Positions 20,767 through 30,943 of a DNA stretch of 64,000 nt are shown one piece after another; position 1 is the stretch's first letter; each line of letters opens with the position of its first letter. The notes beneath the pieces are model-generated. The model was not told the DNA's origin. It worked only from the letters and a program-made list of their open reading frames with translations, and searched no databases. The stretch spans positions 5,655-69,654 of the forward strand of contig CAZQXN010000001.1 in assembly GCA_964597545.1 (NCBI GenBank). The letters run 5' to 3'. Source of the DNA: an uncultured Planctomycetia bacterium. Its GTDB lineage: Bacteria > Omnitrophota > Gorgyraeia > 1-14-0-20-64-10. A program made the translations under genes and the position numbers.

Positions 20767-21873
20767 TCAATCTTTAGAGAGCGCTTGCGCCAAGCGCTTG
20801 ACGGCAGCTGCATACAGCTTGGCATTCTCAACCACCGTGTAGTGAGCAGCGGCCAACGAGACATCGCCGACAGCCGCATAGCAATCCCCCATATAGAAAT
20901 GCGCCCACTCGGTGTTCGGCTTTTCGTCCAGTACCTGCGTTAAGACGTCACGGGTCTCTTTGAATCGCCCCTCCCGAATGAGGATTTGAGCCAAGAAAAG
21001 GGCGGCGCGCTCCCGGTAGGATCCGGCATTGCGGTGCTTGAAGATCTTCCAGTAGATCTGCTCTGCTCGGAGGAACCGTCCATGCAAATGCAGACTCCTT
21101 CCTTCTACCCAGAGCCGCTCAACTGGATTGGAGATTCTCGGAAGCACGCCGGCCAGGTATCGATCCTGAACCCAATGGCTGAACAGAGGCCCGAAGCGCT
21201 TCACATACCCCCGAGCCATCCAGTCCAAGATGTGCTTCTCCTCAAGAAAAATGTCAGAGCGCTGCGGCGGATTGGGCAGCGGATAAACCCGCTCGGCGGT
21301 CCCAAGGATTGATTGATAGGCATCCTCATTGCCGCTGGCAAGCTTGACGTCGGCAAGACTGGCAATGAACTGCGGCGTCACCTCCTCTAAGGTGCGCCAC
21401 GGCTCCCCGGCTGAGGAAAAGATCAAGTTGAAATACGGATCGCACGCCCGCCATGCCCCATCCAGGTAGACTTCCACAACGGTATGGGGAGAACTGCCGC
21501 TCTTGTCCACCAGATAGCTGTACCGCGCTGCAATGTCTCGAACCGCCGCAAGCTCACAGAGAACCTGCGCGTAGTAGTCGCACCAGCCGATTCCGGTGAC
21601 CAAGTAATCCCAGGGCTTGCCGTCGTAGGGGTGGGAATTGGGAAAGAGCCAGAGATTCTCCTGGATGTAATCCATGGCGGCCGTAAGATACGCTTCATCT
21701 GAAACCTCCTGGGGCAGGTTGTTCTGCGCAATGACCTCAAAGGAGACCTCATGGTAGGTGTGACGCTTGAGGGAATCCGACAAGAACAAGGAGAGAATCG
21801 GGGTCAGCAGAAGGACCAAAAGAAGGGAGATTACAACCTTGGAAAAAACAGTTACAATCTTCTTGAGTTTCAT
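20767..21873 (-). CDS. Membrane-anchored transglutaminase-like protein with C-terminal TPRs
   Basis: N-terminal TM; Cys-His-Asp triad (GWCD, HTVVEVY, W..CDP); TPR-like AHFYMGDCY. Confidence 0.72.
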   Translation of the reverse strand: MKLKKIVTVFSKVVISLLLVLLLTPILSLFLSDSLKRHTYHEVSFEVIAQNNLPQEVSDEAYLTAAMDYIQENLWLFPNSHPYDGKPWDYLVTGIGWCDYYAQVLCELAAVRDIAARYSYLVDKSGSSPHTVVEVYLDGAWRACDPYFNLIFSSAGEPWRTLEEVTPQFIASLADVKLASGNEDAYQSILGTAERVYPLPNPPQRSDIFLEEKHILDWMARGYVKRFGPLFSHWVQDRYLAGVLPRISNPVERLWVEGRSLHLHGRFLRAEQIYWKIFKHRNAGSYRERAALFLAQILIREGRFKETRDVLTQVLDEKPNTEWAHFYMGDCYAAVGDVSLAAAHYTVVENAKLYAAAVKRLAQALSKD

Positions 21874-21902
21874 GATGAATATTATCGTAACATACGACGC
21901 CG

Positions 21903-22694
21903 ATGCCTGAAGCGCTCCTTTTGGGTTTAATCCAGGGGATCGCCGAATGGCTTCCGGTCAGCTCCGAAGGGATTATCGTCCTGGTTCATACCAACCTCTT
22001 CGGGGGCCGGGCCGGGCTGACCCACCTATTGGAATACGCCCTCTTTCTCCATGCCGGAACTTTCCTGGCAGCCTTCATCTATTTGAGGCGTGACGTCTGG
22101 CGAATTTTAAAATCGGCCTTCTCTTCGTCGGATGTTGAGGCCAGGCAGCTGCTGAAGTTCTTGAGCGCCACCACCCTGATGAGTGGCGGCATTGGTTTTG
22201 CCTTCTTAAGGGCAATCTCTGGGCTGGAGGGGGAGCTTATCCTTCCAGGAAGGGCCATTACCGTTACGGTAGGTGTTCTGCTCCTCATCACCGGCTTCCT
22301 GCAGCGAACCGCCCCGCAGAGCGGAACCCGTGAGGCCGTGGGATTGATCTGGAAAGATGCTTTACTCTTAGGGATCGCTCAGGGGCTGGCTGTTTTGCCG
22401 GGGCTGTCCCGATCGGGGCTGACCATCTCGGCCCTCTTGCTCAGGGGCATGGCGAAAAAGGAGGCGCTGCGCGTGAGCTTCCTGATGAGCCTTCCGATTG
22501 TATTGATCGGCAACTTAGCACTCAATGCGGAGTTTTGTTCCATCACGCTGGCCAGCTGGGCAGGGTTGGGGGTCGCGTGCGTGGCGGGGCTGGCAACAAT
22601 CCGGCTGCTCTTCTATTGGGCGAGAAGAGTGGACTTCAGTGCCTTTGTCTTTGGCTTTGGTCTCTTAACCCTTCTGGTCGCCGCTTTCCAATAA
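21903..22694 (+). CDS. uppP: Undecaprenyl-diphosphate phosphatase
   Basis: QGIAEWLPVSSEG, PGLSRSGLT, SFLMS.P. Confidence 0.9.
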   Translation: MPEALLLGLIQGIAEWLPVSSEGIIVLVHTNLFGGRAGLTHLLEYALFLHAGTFLAAFIYLRRDVWRILKSAFSSSDVEARQLLKFLSATTLMSGGIGFAFLRAISGLEGELILPGRAITVTVGVLLLITGFLQRTAPQSGTREAVGLIWKDALLLGIAQGLAVLPGLSRSGLTISALLLRGMAKKEALRVSFLMSLPIVLIGNLALNAEFCSITLASWAGLGVACVAGLATIRLLFYWARRVDFSAFVFGFGLLTLLVAAFQ

Positions 22695-22699
22695 TCCCT

Positions 22700-22942
22700 T
22701 CACTCAACGTCGAAAGAGATCACCTGAACGCTTGAGCCGGGAAAACGCTTGATCTCAAGCTCAGCCTTCTCCAAGAGGGTTCCGGCGGCTTGAAGCGCAA
22801 AGGCCTCGCGCAGTGCAGTATCATCAGTGCCCAGCCAATCCCCCACCTTCAAACGAACCTTGGTTACGGCTCGCGCCCCTTCTTTCCGGGCATGCTCTGC
22901 GATGCCCTTGAGCACAGGCTCAATCAGGTGCGACTCATGCAC
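22700..22942 (-). CDS. hypA: HypA-like nickel chaperone, short form
   Basis: MHE N-terminus, V.LKVG, GTLLEKAELEI; lacks both CxxC motifs. Confidence 0.75.
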   Translation of the reverse strand: MHESHLIEPVLKGIAEHARKEGARAVTKVRLKVGDWLGTDDTALREAFALQAAGTLLEKAELEIKRFPGSSVQVISFDVE

Positions 22943-23405
22943 CGAGAAGCTCCTCTAGGGTCTGAGCCACAGATTCCATCGCTTGTTTAACCGGCTCAGA
23001 GAGCTCCTCACCAAAATCAAGCTGCTGTGGCTGGATCCCTAAGAGATACACTTGGGCCTTGATGTGCTCTTCCAGGTAATCGATGAAGAGGTGCGGCGAG
23101 AGGGTGTGGGTGGAAAAACCGGTATTGATGAGCTCTTGCTTTCTCAAGAGCGAGATTTCGCCCGGGGCGAGATCCAGGCAGACGGCATCCACTAAGAGGA
23201 TGGTGTCGGGCTGCTCCCGAATCAAGGTGCCGCTGTAACGCTCTGGGGCAGTGCCCACATCCAGACAGAGGGCTTTGAGGCGATCACGGACGCGTTCAAT
23301 CAGCAGGGGCCCTACGCCGTCATCGCCGCGCAAGAGATGTCCCATGCCGACGATGGCGACCTTCCCCTTAAGGGCTTTGGAAAGGTCTGCCTTGATTTGG
23401 GTCAC
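22935..23405 (-). CDS. Hydrogenase maturation protease (HycI-like)
   Basis: G..LRGDDGVG, PE, VDA, STH.L. Confidence 0.9.
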   Translation of the reverse strand: MTQIKADLSKALKGKVAIVGMGHLLRGDDGVGPLLIERVRDRLKALCLDVGTAPERYSGTLIREQPDTILLVDAVCLDLAPGEISLLRKQELINTGFSTHTLSPHLFIDYLEEHIKAQVYLLGIQPQQLDFGEELSEPVKQAMESVAQTLEELLGA

Positions 23406-23409
23406 GTCT

Positions 23410-24051
23410 TTAAGTCTGGGGGGCGAGGCTCGGCGGGTTGTCTGATGTGGTTAGGGTGGTACCGCGGCGGCAGCGAGCACAGAGAACCTTGAACCGGTCG
23501 GAGCGCCACTTGTCGTAAGTGCTGGGTTCCAAGTTCTCATCCACCAGCCCCAGGGCGCGCAGACGCGTCAGATACAGCGTGGGGCTGGAGTAGGACAGCT
23601 CACCGAGTTTCTCGGCAACGTGCTTGATGTGGTCTTCACATGCAACCGTCTCACCGCAAAGCTCGCATAACGTCAGTTTCTTCTCAATGGTTTCATGCGA
23701 CTGAGTGCGGTCAAAGAAGGACAGTTCCCAGTCGTTGGAGAGCTTGATCCCTTCGTGGTCGGCAATGCAGGCGGCTTCACACTCCCCGCAGAAAATGCAG
23801 GTGTCGGTATAGTGATAGAGGACCCGCTTAGGACTGTCGCCCTCGGTGACATCCTGATGCCCGATCGCCTCTGCCGGGCAGACCTGCTCGCAGGCGAGGC
23901 AGCCGACACACTTGTCTTGATTGAACTTGGGCTGGCCCCGGAAATTCGGATGGGGAACATGGGGTTCCTTGGGAAAGCGCGAGGTATAGGGGCCCTTAAT
24001 CAGCGCCTTGATCGCCTCGACGAGCTCCCGGATCTTCGGCAAGGGAATCAT
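23410..24051 (-). CDS. NuoI-like 4Fe-4S subunit of hydrogenase
   Basis: GPYTSRFP, FRGQP, CVGCLACEQVCP, CIFCGECEAAC, extra C..C pairs. Confidence 0.88.
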   Translation of the reverse strand: MIPLPKIRELVEAIKALIKGPYTSRFPKEPHVPHPNFRGQPKFNQDKCVGCLACEQVCPAEAIGHQDVTEGDSPKRVLYHYTDTCIFCGECEAACIADHEGIKLSNDWELSFFDRTQSHETIEKKLTLCELCGETVACEDHIKHVAEKLGELSYSSPTLYLTRLRALGLVDENLEPSTYDKWRSDRFKVLCARCRRGTTLTTSDNPPSLAPQT

Positions 24052-24404
24052 GATTTGTCTCGTTTGGGTTCGTAGGTGTCCACGATGCTTCCCTTCCAAA
24101 GGGCAATTCCTGCGCGGTGCGCGCCCCGAGCAATGGCGTGCGCTCCGGCCGGAACCGTCAAGGCCACAAAGAAGATACACAGCAGTGCCTTTATCCCCGT
24201 GGCGCTAAAGCCAGTCATCAGGAAGACCCCAAAGAGGATGCTGCAGGTGCCTAAGGTCACACACTTGGTGGATGCCTGAAGACGGTTGTAGACATCGGGC
24301 AGACGCACCAACCCTAAGCATCCCAGGAGATTAAAGACAAGCCCCACGGCGATGAAGCCTACGCCCACCACATCCCCAAGAAAAAGGTTCGCAAGGTTAC
24401 TCAT
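24048..24404 (-). CDS. Mrp/Mnh subunit G
   Basis: GLVRLPDVYNRLQASTK..TLG, P..AHAIARGA. Confidence 0.9.
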   Translation of the reverse strand: MSNLANLFLGDVVGVGFIAVGLVFNLLGCLGLVRLPDVYNRLQASTKCVTLGTCSILFGVFLMTGFSATGIKALLCIFFVALTVPAGAHAIARGAHRAGIALWKGSIVDTYEPKRDKS

Positions 24405-24765
24405 CAAATCCCTTGCCTTCCAAGTATTTGGCCAACGCCAAGGTTCCCACAAAGCTCTGAAGCGCCCAGGCCATTCCGATATCAAGGTACCAAGCCCGAT
24501 CGGTGACCACCGCCAGCACTGCGCACAGACCCACGATCAAGATTCCCAAGATGTCGATGGCAATAATCCGGTCGGCCGGTGTGGGACCTTTGATCACGCG
24601 GTAGAGACACAGCAGCCCCGCCAAAAGCAGGATGTAGAACGCCCGGCTCAACAGGCCCGTCAGGGGCAGCAGGGGCGAAAGAACCGGCAGGGGCCTGAGC
24701 ACAATCAAGGTAATCGCCCCCACCAAAACCACCAACCCTACCCACCACCGCAGCATGCTGTTCAT
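24397..24765 (-). CDS. Mrp/Mnh subunit F
   Basis: RVIKGPTPADRIIAID, FVGTLALAKYL. Confidence 0.88.
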   Translation of the reverse strand: MNSMLRWWVGLVVLVGAITLIVLRPLPVLSPLLPLTGLLSRAFYILLLAGLLCLYRVIKGPTPADRIIAIDILGILIVGLCAVLAVVTDRAWYLDIGMAWALQSFVGTLALAKYLEGKGFDE

Positions 24766-24769
24766 CGGT

Positions 24770-25264
24770 TTAATGGAATATCCTCTTTAAGATCTTCTCA
24801 AACCGCTCCACCACGCACTGGGTTACTGTTTGGGCATCCTTGCCCTTGACGTCAATCCAGTGAATGTAGAGGAGTCCCTTGTTTTTATCGACATCAACAC
24901 TTAAGGTCCCTGGGGTCAAGGTGATGGAGTTGGCCAAAAATGTAAGCCCTAACTCCGAGGTTAACGTGGTGTTGGCCTTGACGATGCCTGGATGAATCGG
25001 CATCCGGGGTCGAACCACCCGTTGCGCCACATCCAGATTGGCCATCACAACCTCTTTCAAGAGGACCGGGAGGTACCAGAAGAGGAAAAGGACACAGCGT
25101 CGAATCAGATTCTTCCAGGGGGGCTGCGCAAAGAGGCCCCAGGTGAGCCACGTCACGACGCCGGCTACGACCAACCCCACGAGCAGGTGCTGGTTATCCG
25201 GCACCCAGTTGAAACCGCACCAGGTGAGGAAGGCTACAAGGAAAATCAGAACAGGTCCCATCAT
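24770..25264 (-). CDS. Mrp/Mnh subunit E
   Basis: ANLDVA, PGIV, LANSITLTPGT, LYIHW. Confidence 0.9.
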   Translation of the reverse strand: MMGPVLIFLVAFLTWCGFNWVPDNQHLLVGLVVAGVVTWLTWGLFAQPPWKNLIRRCVLFLFWYLPVLLKEVVMANLDVAQRVVRPRMPIHPGIVKANTTLTSELGLTFLANSITLTPGTLSVDVDKNKGLLYIHWIDVKGKDAQTVTQCVVERFEKILKRIFH

Positions 25265-26760
25265 GATGATCCACCCAATACCATTTGGGCATACCCAACA
25301 CCGGACAGCAGCGCCTCTGCTGCCGGCTTCAAAAAGGCCTCTTGGATACAGGGCAGCCAAATGAGCCCCCCTGCGATACAGACCACCGCCAGTATCACTA
25401 AGCTCAAGCACATGGCAAAGGGGACCTCCTTAATCTTTGCCAGGCGCCGAGGAAAATCCCCCTGGAAGGCAAACTTCATCACCTTCATAAAGGAGGCAAG
25501 GGTCAAAACGCTTCCCAGCACCGCCCAAGCGGCATAGCCGAATCGGTTCGCTTGAATGGCCGCCAGGATGATGATCAGTTTGCTCCAGAAACCGTTAAAG
25601 GGCGGAATCCCGGCAATGGACATGGAGGCCACCAAGGTGGTGCCGCTGGTCACCGGCATCTTTTGAGCCAGCCCCCCCATCTTCTTAAGTTCCCGGGTTC
25701 CGGTGGCATATTCCACCGCACCGGAGTTCAGGAAGAGAAGGGCCTTGAAGACCGAGTGATTCAACAGGTGAAAGAGCCCTCCGGCAATCCCAAGCGGGGT
25801 CCCCAGCCCAATCCCTAAGATGACATATCCAATCTGGCTGATGGAATGATAGGCCAAAAGCCGCTTGAAATCCCACTGGCCGATGGCGAGCAGCACCCCG
25901 ACCATCATCGAGAGGGTGCCGAGAACCAAGAGAATGGAGGAGTGCATGGCGGTGAAACCGATCACGTTGAACAAGAGGCGGCAGAGGGCATAGATCCCAA
26001 GGGACTTGATGAGCACCCCGGAGAGCATCGCTGAGATCGGCGCCGGGGCCGAGGGGTGGGCATCGGGAAGCCATGCGTGAAACGGAACGACCGCGGCCTT
26101 CAAACCAAAACCCATGATAAAGAGGACCGTCACCAGGCGCACGAGGTTGCTCGAATCATGACCGGCCAAGACCCGGGCGATGTCTGCCATGTTAAGGGTC
26201 GAGGTCATGCTGTAGAGCAGCACCACCCCCAAGAGCACAAACAAAGAGCCCACGGTGCTCATTACCGCATACTTGAAAGCCGCCTCCAACTCGTGGCGCT
26301 CTGTGCCAAAAGCCACCAGGGCGTAGCTGGCCACCGAGGCCAGTTCCAAAAAGACATACAGGTTAAAGAGGTCGCCGGTTATCACGACTCCATTCATGCC
26401 GGCCAGCATCAACAAGAAGAGGGAGTAGAACTTCCACTTGGAGGAATAGGTCTCCATGTAGGCGATGGCATAGATGGCAATGGCAAAGGAGACAACGTTG
26501 ACCGTCACCAGCATAAAGGCGGTAAGCCCATCGAGCACCAGGGCAATCCCGATGGGGGCAGGCCAACCGCCCACCCCATAGGCGATGGTTCCGCTGGCAT
26601 TTGAAAGCCCCACCGCTGCCAAGGAGAGGAGGGCCAGGCTGCCGGTGGCGACAAAGCCCATGGCATCCGGAAGCCAGCGCAGCCGGTGCCCAATCAAGGC
26701 AATGACAAAAGCCCCGGCCAGCGGTATGGCAACGACCAGCGGAATCAGATCCAGTTCCAT
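25261..26760 (-). CDS. Mrp/Mnh subunit D (antiporter-like)
   Basis: GGWPAPIGI, GDLFNLYVFLE, WLPDAHPSAP, KRLLAYHSISQIG. Confidence 0.9.
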   Translation of the reverse strand: MELDLIPLVVAIPLAGAFVIALIGHRLRWLPDAMGFVATGSLALLSLAAVGLSNASGTIAYGVGGWPAPIGIALVLDGLTAFMLVTVNVVSFAIAIYAIAYMETYSSKWKFYSLFLLMLAGMNGVVITGDLFNLYVFLELASVASYALVAFGTERHELEAAFKYAVMSTVGSLFVLLGVVLLYSMTSTLNMADIARVLAGHDSSNLVRLVTVLFIMGFGLKAAVVPFHAWLPDAHPSAPAPISAMLSGVLIKSLGIYALCRLLFNVIGFTAMHSSILLVLGTLSMMVGVLLAIGQWDFKRLLAYHSISQIGYVILGIGLGTPLGIAGGLFHLLNHSVFKALLFLNSGAVEYATGTRELKKMGGLAQKMPVTSGTTLVASMSIAGIPPFNGFWSKLIIILAAIQANRFGYAAWAVLGSVLTLASFMKVMKFAFQGDFPRRLAKIKEVPFAMCLSLVILAVVCIAGGLIWLPCIQEAFLKPAAEALLSGVGYAQMVLGGSS

Positions 26761-26762
26761 GC

Positions 26763-27101
26763 TTATCCCTTCAGATCCCGAATTCGGTTAATGTCACAGG
26801 TGCCGTATTTCTGGTAGATCCGCATGGCAACGGCCACCAAAAGCGCTGTGGTCGCCAGCCCAATGACGATGGCGGTCAGCACCAGTGCCTGGGGCAAGGG
26901 ATCTACCATGGGGAATGTGTCGACCTTAAGTGCCTGAATCGGGGCATGCCCGGCATGCCGGTAGGCCACCAAGATAAAGAAGAGATTGACTGCGTGCTCG
27001 GCGATGATGATTCCGAGGATGATCTTAATGAGATTGCGCTGGCGCAGAACCCCAAAGATCCCGACACAAAAGAGCACCAGACACAACAGATAGATCATCA
27101 T
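26763..27101 (-). CDS. Mrp/Mnh subunit C
   Basis: NLIKIILG, DPLPQALVLTAIVIG. Confidence 0.92.
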   Translation of the reverse strand: MMIYLLCLVLFCVGIFGVLRQRNLIKIILGIIIAEHAVNLFFILVAYRHAGHAPIQALKVDTFPMVDPLPQALVLTAIVIGLATTALLVAVAMRIYQKYGTCDINRIRDLKG

Positions 27102-27104
27102 GCG

Positions 27105-27548
27105 CTATTCATCCTCTACATGAAGCAGGACCAGTGCTACCACAACCGCAAAAAGCCCTGCCCCAACTTTTAAGCTGATGGCGATATTGCCCAAGGGAAT
27201 CATCCCGCCGCTTAACAGATGAAACGGCTCCCCCTTGGCAAACCAGTTAAAGAAGAAGACGCCCCCCACAGAACCTAAGAGGGCGAGCCCCAAAAACATG
27301 AGTGCCCCCAGTCCCTCTACAGTCTCCATCGTTGCCCTCGGCAGGCGGTGGAGTGTCCATTCCCGGCCAAAAGCCAAAAGCAGCAGGACAAAACCGAGTG
27401 CAATGATGACCCCGCCGGCAAAGCCTCCGCCCGGGGAGAGGTGCCCGTGCAGGATGATGTGTAGCCCATACACAAAGATAAGCCCCACCGTCCAGCGTGC
27501 GATGGTCTTGACGATCAAAGACATGCCGGCATCACGTTTGGGCGCCAT
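27105..27548 (-). CDS. Mrp/Mnh subunit B-like
   Basis: HGHLSPGGGFAGG; ATG at 27548. Confidence 0.88.
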   Translation of the reverse strand: MAPKRDAGMSLIVKTIARWTVGLIFVYGLHIILHGHLSPGGGFAGGVIIALGFVLLLLAFGREWTLHRLPRATMETVEGLGALMFLGLALLGSVGGVFFFNWFAKGEPFHLLSGGMIPLGNIAISLKVGAGLFAVVVALVLLHVEDE

Positions 27549-28099
27549 CAGGACTGGCCCTCCTCTTCTTCCACCTTGTGCGACTGGCGCCGGCCGATCC
27601 TGCGAACCACTGCCAGCACGCCAATCACTGCCGTAAAGAGGACGGTGGCTTCGCCTAAGGTATCCAAAGCTCGGTAGTCCAAAATGACTGCGGCCACTGC
27701 GTTGGCGGCTCCGGTATCCGCCAAACCATATTGCGTGTATCGGCTGGCCACCCGCATCAACGGCTCCCCAAAGGGGGCCAACTCCTGGAAGCATCGAACC
27801 GACACCCACACCAACAGGGCAATGAAGCCCAGCGACACCCACGCCTGAGGCTTCCATCGGCTGCGCCCCGTCATGCGCAGATCCCGCCTGATGGTCGCGC
27901 GGATCAAGATCACCAGGGCCAAGAGCTCCACCACAAGCTGCGTGATCGCTACATCGGGGGCCTGCAGGATCAGGAAGGTGATACACAACAAGAGCCCCAC
28001 TGCTCCCACCGCCACGACGGATGAGATTAAACTCCTCATCTCAAGGGCCGCGATGGAGCCAATGATCATCAATACCAAAAGAATGGTGAGCTCTGTCAT
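27548..28099 (-). CDS. MrpA C-terminal / MbhD-E-like subunit
   Basis: APDVAITQ, N.VAAVILDYRALDTLGE. Confidence 0.85.
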   Translation of the reverse strand: MTELTILLVLMIIGSIAALEMRSLISSVVAVGAVGLLLCITFLILQAPDVAITQLVVELLALVILIRATIRRDLRMTGRSRWKPQAWVSLGFIALLVWVSVRCFQELAPFGEPLMRVASRYTQYGLADTGAANAVAAVILDYRALDTLGEATVLFTAVIGVLAVVRRIGRRQSHKVEEEEGQS

Positions 28100-28103
28100 G
28101 GTC

Positions 28104-29762
28104 TTATCCGCAACACAACAAAATGATTAATAGGATGCCCGCACCCAGCAGACACCATGCCAAATAGGTCTGCAGCCGGCCGCTGTGCCGCACCCCAAGA
28201 AGATCATGCAGGGTAAAGGTGATCCGGCGCCCATCCTCGTAAGGGTCAAACCATTTTCGCTCGGCCAGCGCATAGCAGCGTTTCAAGAATGGCAGCTCCC
28301 GAATCGTATTGTAAAATTCGGTACCGGAAAGGCGCATCTGAGGGTGCTTCTTCAAGGGTTCTCCGCCCACAAAGGCGCCGGTTACGCGCGCAGTACGGAT
28401 GGTCCCCAAAAGATAGACCAGGCCGCCGATTCCTAAACCTGCCAAGATAAGCAGCGTGGCCAAACCGGGTTGCCACAAACCGATAAAATTCGTCTCCCCG
28501 CCCACTGCCGGAAAGATCCACTTCGTCAGCGGTACCTGGTAAGCCCACACACCCAAGATGACGCACAGGGCCGCTAAGATCACCTGAGGCACCCAGAGGA
28601 GGGGGGCTACTTCTTTGGGGGCTGGGCGCCTGCCCTGCAGCTCTCGAGACGGCTGCCCGAGGAAAACAGCGTGGAGCAGTTTCATGAAGCTGGCAAGGGT
28701 CAAGGCGCTGCCGAACATCGCTGCCACCAACCAGAGGATCCATGTCCATCCCCCTTGCCGCCCCACCGAAATGATGCCCTGATAGATCATCCACTTGGAG
28801 GCAAAACCATTGAAGGGGGGCACCCCGGAGATCGCCAGCGCTGCCAACAAGAAAGCAACAAAGGTCACCGGCATCCACCGGGCCAATCCGCCCAGGCCGT
28901 TCAGCTCGCTGGTTCCGGCCTGCTGCTCGACAGCACCCCCGGACAAAAAGAGGGCCGACTTGTAGAGGGCGTTGTTGAGCATGTGGAAGAGCCCCCCGGC
29001 AACCCCGATCAGGGTGCCGGTGCCGATCCCTAAGACCATGTAGCCCACCTGACTGACAGCGTGATACCCCAAGAGGCGCTTTAAGTCATGCTGAACCAAG
29101 GCCATCATGACCGCTGCCACAATGGTCACCGCTCCCAGAGCCATGAGCAGGGTATTCATGGCCGGTGTCATCACAAAGATATCCAGCGAGATGCGCGCCA
29201 ACAGATAAATCCCCAAGAGTTTATCCAGTGAGGCCGGCAAAAAGGCAGTTACAGGGACCGGAGCATCTTCTGCAGTGTCCGGAACCCATGTGTGGAACGG
29301 CATCGCTCCTGCCTTGGCCAGGGCCCCTGCTGCCAAGCAGAGGTAGGCTGCTACAGCCGTTTTGCTGGTTAAGGGAATGGTCAGCGTATCCATCCAGAAG
29401 GTGCCGGTCATCTTCCAGATGAGCCCCACCCCAAGCAACATCAAGGCGTCGCTGGTTCCGATGATAATAAAGGTCTTCTTGGCAGTCGCCGGAGTGCGCT
29501 CTTGGGTGCCGTAGCCGATTAACAGATACAACAACATCCCCAGGAATCCCCAGAAGATCACCAGCAGAATCAGGTGGTTGGTCCAAACCGCAGCCAGGGA
29601 GGCCACCAGGGTCAGAACCACAGAGAGGTAGAAGCCTGCCTTTTGGCGCCCGCGCAGGAACCCTATCGCATAGATGAGGGTCAGCACCGTGAAGAAGAGG
29701 ACGAATCCGGCCACAAAACCAGCCAGAGGATCTATCGTCAGATACGGCGCGATCAGCTTCAT
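28104..29762 (-). CDS. Second antiporter-like membrane subunit (HyfB/NuoL/MrpA-like)
   Basis: KAGAMPFHTWVP, KRLLGYHAVSQVGY, GVPPFNGFASKW. Confidence 0.87.
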   Translation of the reverse strand: MKLIAPYLTIDPLAGFVAGFVLFFTVLTLIYAIGFLRGRQKAGFYLSVVLTLVASLAAVWTNHLILLVIFWGFLGMLLYLLIGYGTQERTPATAKKTFIIIGTSDALMLLGVGLIWKMTGTFWMDTLTIPLTSKTAVAAYLCLAAGALAKAGAMPFHTWVPDTAEDAPVPVTAFLPASLDKLLGIYLLARISLDIFVMTPAMNTLLMALGAVTIVAAVMMALVQHDLKRLLGYHAVSQVGYMVLGIGTGTLIGVAGGLFHMLNNALYKSALFLSGGAVEQQAGTSELNGLGGLARWMPVTFVAFLLAALAISGVPPFNGFASKWMIYQGIISVGRQGGWTWILWLVAAMFGSALTLASFMKLLHAVFLGQPSRELQGRRPAPKEVAPLLWVPQVILAALCVILGVWAYQVPLTKWIFPAVGGETNFIGLWQPGLATLLILAGLGIGGLVYLLGTIRTARVTGAFVGGEPLKKHPQMRLSGTEFYNTIRELPFLKRCYALAERKWFDPYEDGRRITFTLHDLLGVRHSGRLQTYLAWCLLGAGILLIILLCCG

Positions 29763-30943
29763 CGAATCCCCATCTTATTTTTTACGGTTTGGGTCTTGGC
29801 CTGAGAGAGTTTCACCAGGTCCTGCCCGCTGTACAGCTTGCGACCCTTGGTATCGCGCACCCCAACCCGCTCGGTGCAGCAGTAGCACGGGTCAATCGCC
29901 GCCAAGATGATGGTGGCATCCGACAGGGTAGCCCCCACCACTGTTTCCTTGTAGGTCGGCAGATTCATGAAGGTGGGAGCGCGCACCTTATGTCGGGCCG
30001 GGCGGTTGGTGCCGTCACTGCGAACATAATGGAAGGTCTCCCCTCGGGGGGCCTCGATGTGCCCAATCCCCTCACCCGGAGGGATGTCGGTGATCTTGGC
30101 ATCGATCGGGCCATCCGGCAAGTGGGTCAAGCAGTGCTTGATGATCTTGACCGACTCAAACATCTCCAGTACCCGAAGCACCACCTTGTCAAAGACATCC
30201 CCGTTTTGGGTGACGATCATCTTCCAGTCCACCTGATCGTACGCCCCGTAGGAGGAGTCTTTGCGCACATCCCGCGCCACCCCTGAAGCCCGCGAGGTCG
30301 GTCCCAATGCGCTGTAGTTAATCGACTGCTCACGGGTCAAGACCCCTACCCCTCGAGTTCTGGCGTGAAGGACCGGATCGTCCATCACCGCCTTCTTAAG
30401 CAGGATGAGTGTCGGAACAATGGAGTCGATCTTCTTCAAGCAGATCGGGATGTCCTCTGCCTTCAAGTCCCGGCGCACCCCGCCGGGCTTGAACATTGCA
30501 TAGTTGTTGCGGTTGCCTGAGAGGATCTCCATGACATCGAGGATCTCTTCTCTCAGCTTCCAGGCCCACATGAAGACGGTGTTGTAGCCCAGGAAATGGC
30601 CGGCCAGCCCCAACCACAACAGGTGCGAGTGAATCCGCTCCCCCTCGGCAATGATCGTCCGGATGTACTTGGCGCGCAGCGGCACCTCCATGGGGAAGAT
30701 GTCCTCGACCGCCCGAACATAGGCAAAGGGGTGACTGGTCGAGCAGATCCCGCAGATCCGCTCAATGACAAAGGTTACCTGATCAAAGTTCTTGGTCTCA
30801 CAGAGCTTCTCGATTCCCCGGTGGTTGTAGCCAACATGGACATCGATGTCCACCACCCGCTCACCATCCACCGTGAGCGAGAAGAACTCCGGCTCCTCCT
30901 GGAGGGGGTGGTACGGGCCGATCGGAACAATGGTTCTAGCCAT
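29759..30943 (-). CDS. Group 4 [NiFe]-hydrogenase large subunit
   Basis: GPYHP, HRGIEK, L1 RICGIC, EAPRGE, L2 DPCYCCTER plus cleavable C-terminal tail. Confidence 0.93.
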   Translation of the reverse strand: MARTIVPIGPYHPLQEEPEFFSLTVDGERVVDIDVHVGYNHRGIEKLCETKNFDQVTFVIERICGICSTSHPFAYVRAVEDIFPMEVPLRAKYIRTIIAEGERIHSHLLWLGLAGHFLGYNTVFMWAWKLREEILDVMEILSGNRNNYAMFKPGGVRRDLKAEDIPICLKKIDSIVPTLILLKKAVMDDPVLHARTRGVGVLTREQSINYSALGPTSRASGVARDVRKDSSYGAYDQVDWKMIVTQNGDVFDKVVLRVLEMFESVKIIKHCLTHLPDGPIDAKITDIPPGEGIGHIEAPRGETFHYVRSDGTNRPARHKVRAPTFMNLPTYKETVVGATLSDATIILAAIDPCYCCTERVGVRDTKGRKLYSGQDLVKLSQAKTQTVKNKMGIR

